Shown in pieces: positions 42,321 to 55,700 of a DNA stretch of 64,000 nt (within the stretch, counting starts at the first letter, position 1; each line of letters starts with the position of its first letter). The translations under genes and the position numbers were made by a program. The notes beneath the pieces are model-generated. The model was not told where the DNA came from. It saw nothing but the letters and a program-made list of their open reading frames with translations, and ran no database searches. Origin of the DNA: Chrysomallon squamiferum (lineage: Eukaryota; Animalia; Mollusca); the NCBI GenBank assembly GCA_012295275.1, contig CM022667.1, positions 20,150,001 through 20,214,000 of the forward strand, written 5' to 3'.

Positions 42321-43050
42321 ATATTATTTAAAATAAATCACCTTCATTTGCTTTTCTTCTTCATTTCTTTGTTTATTTATTTATTCTATGTTTTTTGTTT
42401 GTTTTTTTTTTTTGTTCTCTTATGTATATAGTTCTCTTTGAATATTTAATGTCTTGTATATCTTGTAATATTGTTATTACTGTATGTTTTGGGTTCAAAA
42501 TAAATCGTGGCACTGAATTATGGAAACCATTAATGTATCACTGAAATTTGGATAAAAATGCTACTTTTAAACAGAACAGTTCGTTGTCTTAACATATAAA
42601 AATGAACAGCAGGCATTGATACAGAGAGACAGACAGACGAACCAACGAAAGACAAATTTACACCAGAGCCCTTAAAACTTAGGTATTGTTGTATATCATT
42701 ATAAAAACTGTATTTATTTTATTTATTAGTAATATCAAACAACATAACCACTGAAACGAACTCTTAGTGCTAACATGTGCACTGTTGTACAGAATTAGTT
42801 CGTTGTTACCTTTTGACTGCACACACCGTCAACCAGGTAAAATGGCAGCTAAAGAGTACCGGAACGTAGACAGATCCTAATTAGTACACATCAACAAGTC
42901 CCGCAATGTAGAATTCATTTTAGGACCATTTATAAAACTTTATCTACCTCCCATAACCAAATAAACAGTCCTAAAATTAAATCTGCTTAGCGGGACGTGG
43001 TAATTACGATCTATCACTTGGCGGCAGTCATTAATTGTTTATTATCTTGC

Positions 43051-43284
43051 ATGGACGTAACTACACGCTTTGAAATGAGGCAATCACCCCGCTCCGTTCG
43101 GCTATGATAGCAAAGATGTCGGTAGATTTCAAACGGTAACCGTAGACATAAAGGAATTCGTTCAGTGGATATCGTTTTTATAGGAATAGAGATTTATATT
43201 TTATATTTTTTGAATACAAATTTTTATATAATAATAATCGTTAAGATGCATTTGCCTCATTTGCCTCGGTGCAGTTACGGCCAT
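43051..43284. mobile_element. MITE with 16-bp TIRs, about 234 bp
   Basis: Left end ATGGACGTAACTACAC vs reverse complement of the right end ATGGCCGTAACTGCAC (14/16). Subterminal AAATGAGGCAA / TTGCCTCATTT are inverted repeats. No TSD recognised. Confidence 0.72.
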
Positions 43285-44290
43285 ACCGTGTGACGGAGCG
43301 CGGTCACAACGTAACAATCAATAAATTTATAGCACTTCAGAACAGATTCTAAAACTATGAATTCATGACTCGGTTGTGTGTATTGCAGTTTTAAATGAAT
43401 AATGGTGTAATAAATGTGGCTTTCTCACCTTTTAATAAATTAATTTTTAATCTCTGCCCTAAACAACCAACGTGGGACTATAGAACGACGCAGGTTTGAG
43501 ATGCGAGTGAACACGCTTCCAGTATATTTTCTCTCCGTTATTTTTATTTACGCGAAATTTCTGTTGGCTGCGGTATAAATTACTTCCGCCATGTCAGTCG
43601 GTACAAGTTACAGTATTTTGTTGAGATGCCATTATTTTCGGTATCAAATAGTTCTAACGCAAAAACTTGTCTAGATTAAAAAGTAATAAATAAATAGAAG
43701 TCAATGGATAAACGACTAAGGAAAATAATCCTTTAAACTAATTAGTCATTTCTCCATCCCTGCATTTTTTGGTTTAATAAACCTTTGTAATAGTAGTACA
43801 GGTCTAGTTATTATTATTACTCTCATCATCATCATCACCATTTGCTGCCATAATAATTAATTTACAGTTACTAAATCTCGGATTACAGTGAATATGATGT
43901 ATATTTGTCCAACACACACACACACACGCGCGCGCGCGCACGCACACACAACACGCACCACCCACACCCACACATTCAGATCTGGCCTATATTTTTTTAT
44001 CTCAGTTTTCCAACGGTTAAAAAGTTTAACAAAAGCTAACGTGACAAAAAACGGACTACGTGCAGGTCCGTGAGTCGAAAAGAGGTAAATCCGTGGATGA
44101 CTGACTGCCCGTGTTGATTTCTCGTCAATACTGTAGCAACCCCGTTGTAATTAGCCTATTAACACACTAACCTAAAACAGTATTTAGCTACATATGTTTG
44201 CTCCATAACGTTTTTTTTACACAATATTACAGTTAAATGATTCTTACAGTTTGCTGAAATACGTTTAAACGGTTAAAATTAAAAGGTTAA

Positions 44291-44333
<43 letters not shown>

Positions 44334-44899
44334 ATAATGCGCGCGCGCCCCCACACATATACGCACACATGTTCATAATTATATATATCCTTGTAATAAA
44401 AAATAAATAAAAATAAAATAAATAAATAATAAAACCGCTGGCCGCTCTTTATATAAACATTGACTAATACAAATATAACGGAAATTAGGGCAGTTGAGAT
44501 ATACAGTTTATAAAGATGTTATCATTACAGTAACTTGTGTAATATCGAAGATATTAGGCCAGCTACATAAACTAACAACGTTAAACTTACACCTTCCAAA
44601 CGTTAGATACAAATAATTAAATAACTAAAACAAAGTCACGTATACATAATTATTACGTATAAATGCAGACAGACATATATGAAGCTAAAATAATCAATAT
44701 ACATAATTATTTTATAATCTATACTTGCATTACAATAATCTATATGTCTAACTTGTAAATTACCATTACCTGAACGTGTCACTCCATATAACTATCTAAA
44801 CAAACAGTGAAAAAACCCACCTACTTATTCCTGTCTCTCTCGATTCTTATCGCTCGACCTTTCAGATCAACGAACTCGACTAGTATGCTATATCAGCTT

Positions 44900-44925
44900 G
44901 TCACGTGATTTGCGTTAACCAATCA
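44900..44925. promoter_or_regulatory. E-box (GTCACGTGA) plus CCAAT box, candidate promoter of the cytochrome b5 gene
   Basis: GTCACGTGA and CCAAT lie 10 bp apart. Minus-strand donor-like sites follow downstream (CAG|GTAATG at about 44769, GT|GTAAGT at about 44590), consistent with a non-coding first exon. Confidence 0.4.
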
Positions 44926-46430
44926 GTTTTAACTACAGTGACACTCCTACTTGAAACTATAATCGTAAGATGTATGGATTAATTTGTCGGACATCTTATT
45001 ATATTTTTAATTAGGTTAACTTGTTTTTAGAATTTCAGTATTGTTTTGTTAATATACTAATGATATAAAGATCTGACTGTTCTAATAAACACATTTTGAT
45101 ATATAAATGAAAAACAGTAACTTGAAAGCATTTATGTTTATTATGAAGTAGAAAAACAGTAGTACATATTTACATACAACAGCACCAAAGTAGGAACATG
45201 TATAAAACTGACACTGTTTTTATTTTTCTGTGCGTAAGTATTCTTGGATAGATTACAAATTTAAGCTGTAATAATAACAGTGATAATAATATATAAAAAA
45301 AAAAAAAAAAAAATAGGAGAGGAAAAAGCCAACCAAACCGTTTTTATTCTTACAAAAACCAGTAAAAAAACCCACTAGAAAATAGACGTTCTATATTTAG
45401 GTTATATTGGCATATGTATGTATATAATTAAAGAAAAATTAAAATTAAAAATAATTTTATTGTCCAAAAATTTAGTACAGTTTTATAAATTTATTACAAA
45501 AAAAAATATGCTAACATCTTTACAGAAATTGTAATATTTTTCATAATAACAGTAATTATAAATATTAAAGTATTTAATCTTTTCTTTAAATAAAGACTAA
45601 TATTAATTCATTTTTACACTGATATTTAATATATATTTTATATTAAAATACAGTACAAAAGTTTATATATAAAAAATAATTTGTGTAAAAGACTTAATAA
45701 AACTGTTTATAATATTTAAACAGTTCAGCAATTAATATTTGAATGTTTAATACAATTTTACTACAAATTGAAGCTGAACTTTATTTTACAAATATAAATC
45801 TTTTTAAGAAAAGAAAATGTAATAGCATTCATTTTGTTATGTCAAAAAACAAGTTATTTTTATTTTAATTTTTTCAGTTTAGAACACTTTTTATACTAGT
45901 ATAGAAAGAACATACATTGATATGTTACATATAACACAGAAAGATTTTGCATCTTTGCATTTACAATAACTTTATAGACACAAAAGTGACAATAAATGGA
46001 ATGTTTTACAAAATATTGTTTTTATTAAAAGTAAGAATCACCAAGTTGTATAGCATCGTGATCATACATTTCCTTTTCCAGTTTAGAATACTATTCTTCA
46101 GTAAATGGCACATTAATTTTAATACAACACAACTAGATTTTGTCTTCTCCAGTTAATCATACTTCTTTATACAGTGATTTACTAAATTTGCATCCTCTGC
46201 TGGGATGTGTGTATCCTAGCACAGTCATTCTATGGCACATATCACACAACATAGTCTATAAAAACTGCATACATTGTTGATCTGGCTGTCATATAATACA
46301 AAAATAAAATTACTATAAAAAGCAGAAGTGTTGAAGGGAACATTTGGAAAGGCTTCATCTAAAACGTTGGCAAATGTTTCAGGAATACAGCAGTTTTACA
46401 CAGACTGAGCTGAAAATCAGCTAGTTTCAC

Positions 46431-49400
46431 TCAGGAGTAAATTGTAATGACTTCTCTTCCACTTCCTCTCACCATGAGGACTCGTTCCAGTCCTTCTGTG
46501 AGAACTTCCAAATACTCCATGTCTAGTGACAATTAAGGAAAATTATAACTGAAAACTGTATTATAATGATCAAAATAGTTTCAGTCCATTGAACAAACCA
46601 ACCAACCAACCTGTCAAATGACAACCAAACAAGCAGACAAAAAAACTAATCAATCAAAAAACAAATAATCTAGAATTATGAAATAACTAGCACAGACTAT
46701 TTCTGGCCAGGTGAGTACATTCAGGTGGGTAAGCTTAGCAATGCACATCCACCAAAGATGGGACATTCATTGTATTAAGTTCACTCAGTGACACAGTCAT
46801 GGCTCATGGTGGGACACACTATTCCCTGCCCCAGAGATAGCTACTTTGATAACCCTCCTCATCCTCCGGCTTGTTGTATTACGACACAGGGAGGAGGGAG
46901 GGGCAGACAGTGGGACAATGGAACAGTGACAGAAATAAGGACAAAGGGTGAGCAACATTCCACAAAGACATTTGACACACAAAATAATATACTGTAAGAC
47001 TGTGTTAACTTTCCAAATATTTTCTTTGTCTTTTATGATTCTATAATTTTATTATCACTCCATATCTAATTGAAAAGTGTTTTCTGTACATGTGTCTTTG
47101 AATGTTTTGCATATTTATAATAAGCATGATAAAACATTTCAGTATTCAGTTAACTAATAATGGATAAAAAGTGAAAGGCTAAAAATAACAAAAATCTTAA
47201 ATTTAATACTGGGAGTATAACAGCTGGTAAACAAAATTGCAATAAAACAGCAAATTATTGATGAGGTCAAAGTTTTCTTCATCTCATTTTTATACAAAAA
47301 TTAGAATTGTAAAGAAAACTGAGGAGGTAATCAATAATTGTTGCTATAAAAAGGATACAGTTTTCATCACCAGCTCTCTGTTTGGGAGGAGCAGGCAAGT
47401 TGAGAATGACAAGTTTGGCTTCGTGAGATTTCTCTGCAATGTGTTCATTCAACCGTACTGCAGTGTGCATCCTCCTCACATTTTTTGAATGACTGAAACA
47501 GTAAGAACCAAATAAATTAGAAATTACATACATTAACATCAACAGCATAATAAATAAAATCAGTGACAATAACAAATACATTTTAGAATAACATCAGTAT
47601 TTGCCTTAGAGTTTGAAATAAATTTTGAATTTATACTACACATCACCAGCATGGCTGGTGTAGTTTGAAATACACCAACAGAAACTTTCAAATGTTAAAT
47701 AATTTTCTAGCTGACACAAGATAATTTTGGCTCTTTTCTTAATTTCTGTCACTGTTGGCATGACAACAGGCCACATTAGCAGTTCTCTAGTGTTTATTTA
47801 AGCGGAGAAGTGAAAACTTGCAGTTTTAAGTCTTGCGGCTGTTTGTTAAGAAGTCTCTTGGCATCACTGGGAGAGAACGTGAACTGGGATTTGTCGTAGC
47901 TTGTTTCCACCGACAACTTCTGTGGGTTCTCATTTTCTTCTTGGACTGTCGTGAACTTCACCTTGCGAGACCTCTCTATTATCTGCTGAGGCTGTTGATT
48001 ATTTTAATTGTAATGAAAATTAAAAAAAATTAAAAAAATAAAATAATAAAATTTTAAACTGAAAATAAACATGTTACATATAGATCTTTAAACTAATTTT
48101 AATTAGAAAGAACAGTTTTGTTACAAAAAAAACAACTTGTTATTACCTACATGATGTAGCTGTTGGTAATCTGAATTAAACATCATTTAAACATGACAAC
48201 CATAACTGTATAGCACAAAAAGTGATCTAAGGAGAAAATTATCATTCACAGTCACTGGTGGCCTTGACATGTAGTCAACAAGTGAACAAAAACAAGAAAA
48301 TTAAACACACAAAAATTGCATTCAAACAGTTAAAGGGATTTTGCTATTATTTTAAGTTTAGTTTATAATTATTATAAATTCAATTTATTACTCTTTGCAG
48401 AGATCTATCTTGTCTTTACTCATTTTAATGAGTATATTGTGTACATATGTATGATATATTTTATGTGCATCCATAGCATATTATCTACACATATCAAATG
48501 TGTACAAATGAAGAACATGAAAACTTACTTCTACACTTTTCAGCTGTAGTTCTCGCAATATTTGTGTTCTTTGTTCCATCATCAGCGTTCTCTCATAGGT
48601 GTAGGCAGAGATGTCACTTGTACTCTGAGTGAAACAGACATAAAATAAAACAAACTTTAAAACAGTTTTATATAACTGGTGAGTGACAGAAAAAAAAATA
48701 TATACCTTCAGTTAAAAAAAAAAAAGAAATTTTTTTAAGTATCTAAATAACTTGTAAAACATTTTACTAATATCTAAATAACTTGTAAAACTTTTTACAA
48801 TAGCTAAATAACTTGTAAAACATTTTGCATATATTTAAATAACTTGTAAAACATTTTACAAATAACCAAATCAATTGTAAAACATTTTACAAATATCTAA
48901 ATAACTTGTAAACATTTTACAAATATCTAAATAAGTTGTAAAACACTTTACAAATAACTAAACAACTCACCATTTCAACAACTTCAACATCGGCCTCTAT
49001 TCGTAACTGATATAAATATGATTGTAAATCTTTCTTCATTTCAATAGAGTTATCTTCCAATTCTTGTTTAGTTCAGGATAATACATTTGATAAATAAAAA
49101 TGATATTTCAAGTATTATTATATCAGTGGCAGTAATAATTAATTATATGACAGTTAGTAAATTTAATAATAATATTACAGTTGATATTGTAATCTTTGAA
49201 ACTGAAATCAAGAAAGACTTTGAAATGGAATTATCTTAAAAGAAATAAAACAAACATTTCATTTTTATTTCTTATTGGATGATATTAAATTTGCTTTAAT
49301 ATAATATTAAAAAATCATAATAATTGTAGAAAAACAAAAAAAACATTTTAATAAGGAAAGAAAAAATTAAAGAGAATCTGAAACACATTATGATGTACTA

Positions 49401-50992
49401 GCAAAGGATACGTGCAACTGTGAAAATTCTTAGTTTGCAGTGTTTCCAAGATCGGTGTTGTCGTAGGAGGAAGGGAAGCAGCATCAACATTCCTCCATCA
49501 TGTTCTCAGAGTTAAGGAAAACAGTTAATACTTAGAAAAGTCATCAATTTCACTGACAGGAATAAATCTGTGTCTTTGTGGAGATTAAACTGAATACATG
49601 AAATTCCTAGCTCAAGTTTTCAGACACATTTTCAGTACCTCTATTATTATTTTTTTTGTCTTCCTAACACTAAAATTTCTTACAGAATATAATCATTATT
49701 ACATATAGCTTTATTTTTTTTTTTGCATTCTCTTATAAGATATATATATAAGTCAATCATAATCTTTCTGATTTGAATATTTGTGTTTTTCCTGCGTATT
49801 TCTCTTTTGATTATCTCAGTATCTCTACTTCACTTTTTCTACTCTCTCTCTCTGTCACTATTTCTTTGAATGCACCACACCAAAAATTAAACAAATAATT
49901 CTTCTTAATTAAAGGATATGCACAATCCACCAAACATCAATTGTCCCTCTAAACTTTTCATTGGTTTCTGGAAATTTATCAATTCCCTTTATCACCAACA
50001 GTGTTTTCTGTGCTGCTTCTGTGTTACGTACACTGTCTGAAAAAAATTATATTATATATATACACATAACTGACATCCAAGTTCAGTTAATATTTCAAAT
50101 TAATCCATATAAGCTGATTTTAAAATACATCAGAAATAATTAATAATTGACATTCTTTCTTTGTATGTAATGACAACAATTTATTCAAACACTTTTACAG
50201 TTTTAATTTAATTCTGGCTACTTCTGTTAGATATGAGTTAGGTATATTTTATTGTTATCATCTGTTTGAATGTGCTAACATCCACTGAAGTTTTACACGT
50301 ATCTGTTTGGTGCATCTAGCTAGGAACCTGACAGTGACAATGTAAATAACAGTGAAATACCAATAAAAACTTGATAGTTTCTTGTATCAGCTTCATGTCT
50401 CCATCCGTACGGCCAGCTTATGACCACAGTGTTGTGTTTCATTCCTCCCAAACCAGCATTCTGTATCCTGCAAAAAGTGTCCATTTGTAATTTAGAAATA
50501 ACAAGAAATTAAACAGTAACATAATATGTTGATAAGAAAAACATATCTGACAGTATAAATTAAAAACAGAATGATATATAATAGAGAGCTGAACTAAAAT
50601 ATCAACAGAGACAGAAGATAATGTGAAAATTATTTATTAAGATGAATGTTTAAGTAAATAAACTCACAGGTGACACACCCCCTCTGTGACTGAGTCTGAG
50701 ACACACACATCTGAGAAACCCTTCACCCCATACTCTTTAATCAGCTTGTCCAGTGTCTGGAAATCAAACATCAATTAAACAGCATGCAACAAAAATACCA
50801 AGAACAGACAACTACATTTCTAACAACTGTCTTATGAATGTTTTATCTCCTTTAACTAAAAGGTCTTTATAAATTTTTTAAAATTCTTTAAAAAAGTTTT
50901 AATAAAATTATTTATTTACAAATGAAAATAAAATGTAAAAATTTCTTTCACAGTTTCAAATTAAGTTTATTTTTATTTGACAAATGCCTTTC

Positions 50993-51035
<43 letters not shown>

Positions 51036-51294
51036 AGGTAAAAAATATATATTAAAATATTTTGGAAAGGGCTGTTAAAACTGTATCTAAAATATATAAA
51101 AAATAAAAGTATATTTTTCAAAAAAGAACATGGAGATATGAAATTAAAAGCAAGTAAAAAAAATCTAAAATGTGTACAGTTAAAAACTGGTAACCTGTTT
51201 AGCTGATTGAGCATCAGCAGATCGGGCACAGAAATTTCCTTCAATCACACTCATAACCAGAGTGAGACCTTTCCCTGGAAAACACAGTAAATAT

Positions 51295-51386
<92 letters not shown>

Positions 51387-52724
51387 TAGTTGAACATATG
51401 TTAGAAACAAAATAATCAGTTTTAATATAATCTAATTGTTTTTTAAAATTCTTTATCCACATGTAAATAAATATATATATATATATCATGTGAAATACCT
51501 TTTTAATATCTTTTTATTCTTCATCATTACATTTATATTGTCTTAATCACTGTCTTTGTTAAATCACCTATTTAATCTATTGTATGAAGTTTTATATCAA
51601 AGTGAAAAGTATGACATCAAATCTACATAATATATTCTTGACAACATTCCTTAATTTCAATTTTCACTTCCTTTTGGTTTAAAAAATACAAACCTGCTTT
51701 CAGCTGACTTGCAAAACTGATCAGTTTGGGATATTTTGGTTCCAGATCATCTTTCAGTTTCACTAACACTAACAGTTGTGGTCTGTAAGTGATATTTATG
51801 TTTTACATTACTAATATATGTACATGTATATTGACTGTACATTTTCTGCAGAATACCTTAAAACAAACACACACACACACAGAAAAATAATGTAAATATA
51901 TTAATAAAATGAGAAAAATCTCGAGTTCTAAGTGTATTTAAGATGTTACCTTTACTTATTTTAATAATTTGAACATATGCATATGAGTAAGTATATATGT
52001 ATTTGCAAATACATAAGCATGCACAGAACATATACATATACTGACAGTAACTGAGTTATATAATTTGAATTAAAGCAGTTTAAAATATTCCCTTCTATCA
52101 TATATAACCTAAATGAAATGCTGAATAACATCCTTCAGTTTTCATATTAATATATAAAGCTAATAAAAAATAACTTCCAAGTTTATGTACATGAGATTAA
52201 AATAACTATACTAAGAAAAATTTATAAACCCAAAATGTGTAGACATTTTTATTACATACATATTTACATACTAAGTAAATATACCAAGGTTTTCTGAGTG
52301 ATATTAAAATAATTCAGAAGTGAAGAAATAAGCAGATGACAGACAGAAGTGAATACCTCCAGTTTTTAGTGTGTGGGGGTCCTTCCTGTAGTCTGAGTAG
52401 AGAGTATCTGGCAGCAGACATGGCCAGACCACGAATACCATCTCCCCACTCTTTCTCTGCCCTGAAATATGAGAAAATCATGTAGATAATAACAAGTAAA
52501 TAATTTACAGACTTGTCAGACCATGAATACCATCTCCCCACTTTTCTCTGCCCTGAAATATGAGAAAATCATGTAGATAATAACAAGTAAATAATTTACA
52601 GACTTGTCAGACCATGAATACCATCTCCCCACTCTTTCTCTGCCCTGAAATATGAGAAAATCATGTAGATAATAACAAGTAAATGATTTAGAGACATGAC
52701 CAGACCATGAATACCATCTCCAAA

Positions 52725-52758
<34 letters not shown>

Positions 52759-55700
52759 GAAAATTAAAGAAAGAAAATGGAAGAAAACAGAAAAAAAAAG
52801 AGAAAAGCCAGAAAAAGGGAAAAAGAAATATAAATTATTACCCTTTGTATTCAATGTATTTGTATATACATAATGCAATTCCCATGGCAACCAGTGCATA
52901 GTACCAGCTGGAAATGAACATAAGGGTGATACACAGAGAAAGTCCTAACAGAGACAGAGTCCAGTGATAAAATCGGAATCGAGGTCGCCAGTTTGGAGTC
53001 TGCAGCAGAGTCTGTAGAGCACAGGCCATGTTCACAAAACCATAGCACATCAAGAAAAACCTGACAAGACAAGTTGTAAAAGAGGATATAACATCAGTTC
53101 TTTTTTATTAGAAGACTGATGATGAATTATAAAATAAAACCAAAATTAGGTGTAAAAAACAACAACATTAAAGTTAAATAACTTGAAGTAACAAATGTTG
53201 TGAATTTCTTCTGTTTCTTGTTTTCAAGTAGTTTATAGTTACCATATATATCTCACATTTTGTTTGTAGAAAATAGTTTTAAAGACAAATTTACTTGTTT
53301 ATATCACAATACCATTTAATTTATAGCAATATGTTTTGAAGAAACTAAATTAAGTGTAAAACAATGATGTCTAAGCTCAGAATGATCAGTCTCAAAGTTT
53401 TGTGTTTGCTTTCTGTCAGCAAAGTTACTTGGACTGCTGTTGCAAGTAAAATTGGAGTTATTCCCCCTGCTTTCTAGCAAATACTAATTTACTGTAATGT
53501 CACAAAAATGTGACCTTCTCTTGGAATGCAATTTTAAATGAGTTACTGAAGGAAAAGGTTGTCTTTTATACTTTAGGAACTTTCATATATTTGGTTTCTT
53601 ACATAGTAATAATGGGTGCTATGTAGTCCAGGCTGGCTAACAGAATTCCTAACTCAGAAATGGCTGCAGTGAGAAGAAGAGCTCGGAATGGTTCTCCTTT
53701 CTTTGTGGTCTGACCAAACACAGACAGGAATGGAATCACGTTGTCTTTGGCAATAGCCTGCAGTAGTCGGGGAGCACCTGCAGCAAAAAACAAAAAACTA
53801 AAATTATCATTTCCATGAAAGCAAATATTAATTAAATATTTCATCCAGTCACTTTAGATTGATGTTTAAGTTATTACACATATTTTCAGAAATTTCAAAT
53901 GTAGAGAAAACTACACATATTCTTAGAAATGTCAGATGTAAAGAAAAGTACATACATTCCCAGAAATTTCAAATGTAGAGAAAACTACACATATTCTTAG
54001 AAACATCAGATGTAAAAAAAACTACACATATTCCCAGAAATGTCAAATGTAGAGAAAACTACACATATTCTTGGAAACATCAGATGTAATTAAAACTACA
54101 CATATTCTTGGAAACATCAGATGTAATTAAAACTACACATATTCTTGGAAACATTAGATGTAATTAAAAATAAAATTCTTGGAAACATCAGATGTAATTA
54201 AAACTACACACACCAGTTAGAGACTGCAGACCAGCTCCCAGTGTAGACAAGAAGGAACCAATCATAATAACCCATTCATTTGGCCAAGCTAACTTTCCTA
54301 TTAACATGTTGCCACCTATACTAATACCATACCTGAAACAACCAGAGAAAGAAAAACTATAAAGTTTATGTTAAATGCAAAAAAATAAAACATTTCTTAT
54401 TTACATAATTTCATCAAACTGGAATAATAAAAAATTAAGACTACATACACTGGTAAATAATGGAACCAAACAATGTGCAAATACAATTTCTTTAATATGC
54501 ATAAAAATATGTTACAGCAGAATTATCTAATAATACACAATGTTGTTTTCATTATAAAGCTCTTTACTATTGCCTCTAAAAAACTCACTTGTCTCTTAGC
54601 AATGGACCATCAATGCAAGCAGCAAAGAAAAACACTGAGGTAATATCTGGACCATATAGGAAATGTAAAACTGATTTTCATTGGCTAATTTATTCTTAAA
54701 TAAATAAATAAATTAATTAATAAGAAAATAAATAAATAAATAAATAAATAAATACCAATTTTTAAATATTTTTAACAAACAAATAGAATTTTATTAATTG
54801 ATTATGAAGATTAATTCTAGAACCAAATCTGACTTCAAACAAGTATTAATGACCATATGAGAGTGGTTTAACCTGGAAGGATGATCAGTTGTAATGAGGA
54901 CAAAACTATATTAGTAAAAAAAAAATTTTTACAGTGTGACCTTGAATTCCGATTAGTATTAACGTGATTTTTGTTAAAGGATACACACAAAGGAGGTTGT
55001 TGCTATGGCCATAATAGTACCAGTAGGAATAGATTTCTGTGCGTCTGCCAAGTCACCTGACCTGTTGGAGCCAGCCATGATTCCTGAAATCAAAATGAAG
55101 AAACCTTTTGAAACAGCAATCTCTTAGCAGGTAAGGGCATTTTGGTTAGATAACAAGATGATGCAAGAAGTCATTGATTGTAATAGTTAATGTTGTTGTT
55201 ATTGTTGGAGTTGATTCAGTTGTATTTGCTATATTGTGAGAATTAGGTTAATACTTGTGTTTAATCATAGCTTGTGAAAATAATCAGTTTCAATAGTGCA
55301 GAAAATATTCAGTTATCAAAATGATGCAATCTATGTAGTTAGGTTATGAGTTGAACTGAGGCATTCAGAATTTAAAACTGAAGTTCTCACCAGTGACAGA
55401 TGGAAAGTAAATGGCAAGAAGAATGACAAAGGAAGTTGTGATGTCTGCAATGACTTCTCCTCTCTCTTCAGAGCCTGGATCATTGGTTCCAACCACCTTA
55501 CCAGCCTCTGTGTAGTGACTCATGAAATTGTCTGCAAAGAGGAATTAATACATGTTTCAAGACTACTAAATCAAAAAAAATTAAAAAACAGAAAATACAT
55601 CTCTCTAATTGTGAATGAAAATTAGTTCATAAATCCAAATATGTGACTGAAAATAAAAACTAATAAACTGAACATCTGTTTTTGACACATTAGTAAATAA

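Noticed and set aside
53866-54212. Regularly spaced 30-40-bp repeats superficially like a CRISPR array (also 48735-48965)
   Set aside because: The units are head-to-tail with no unique spacers, sit in eukaryotic introns, and have no cas genes nearby.
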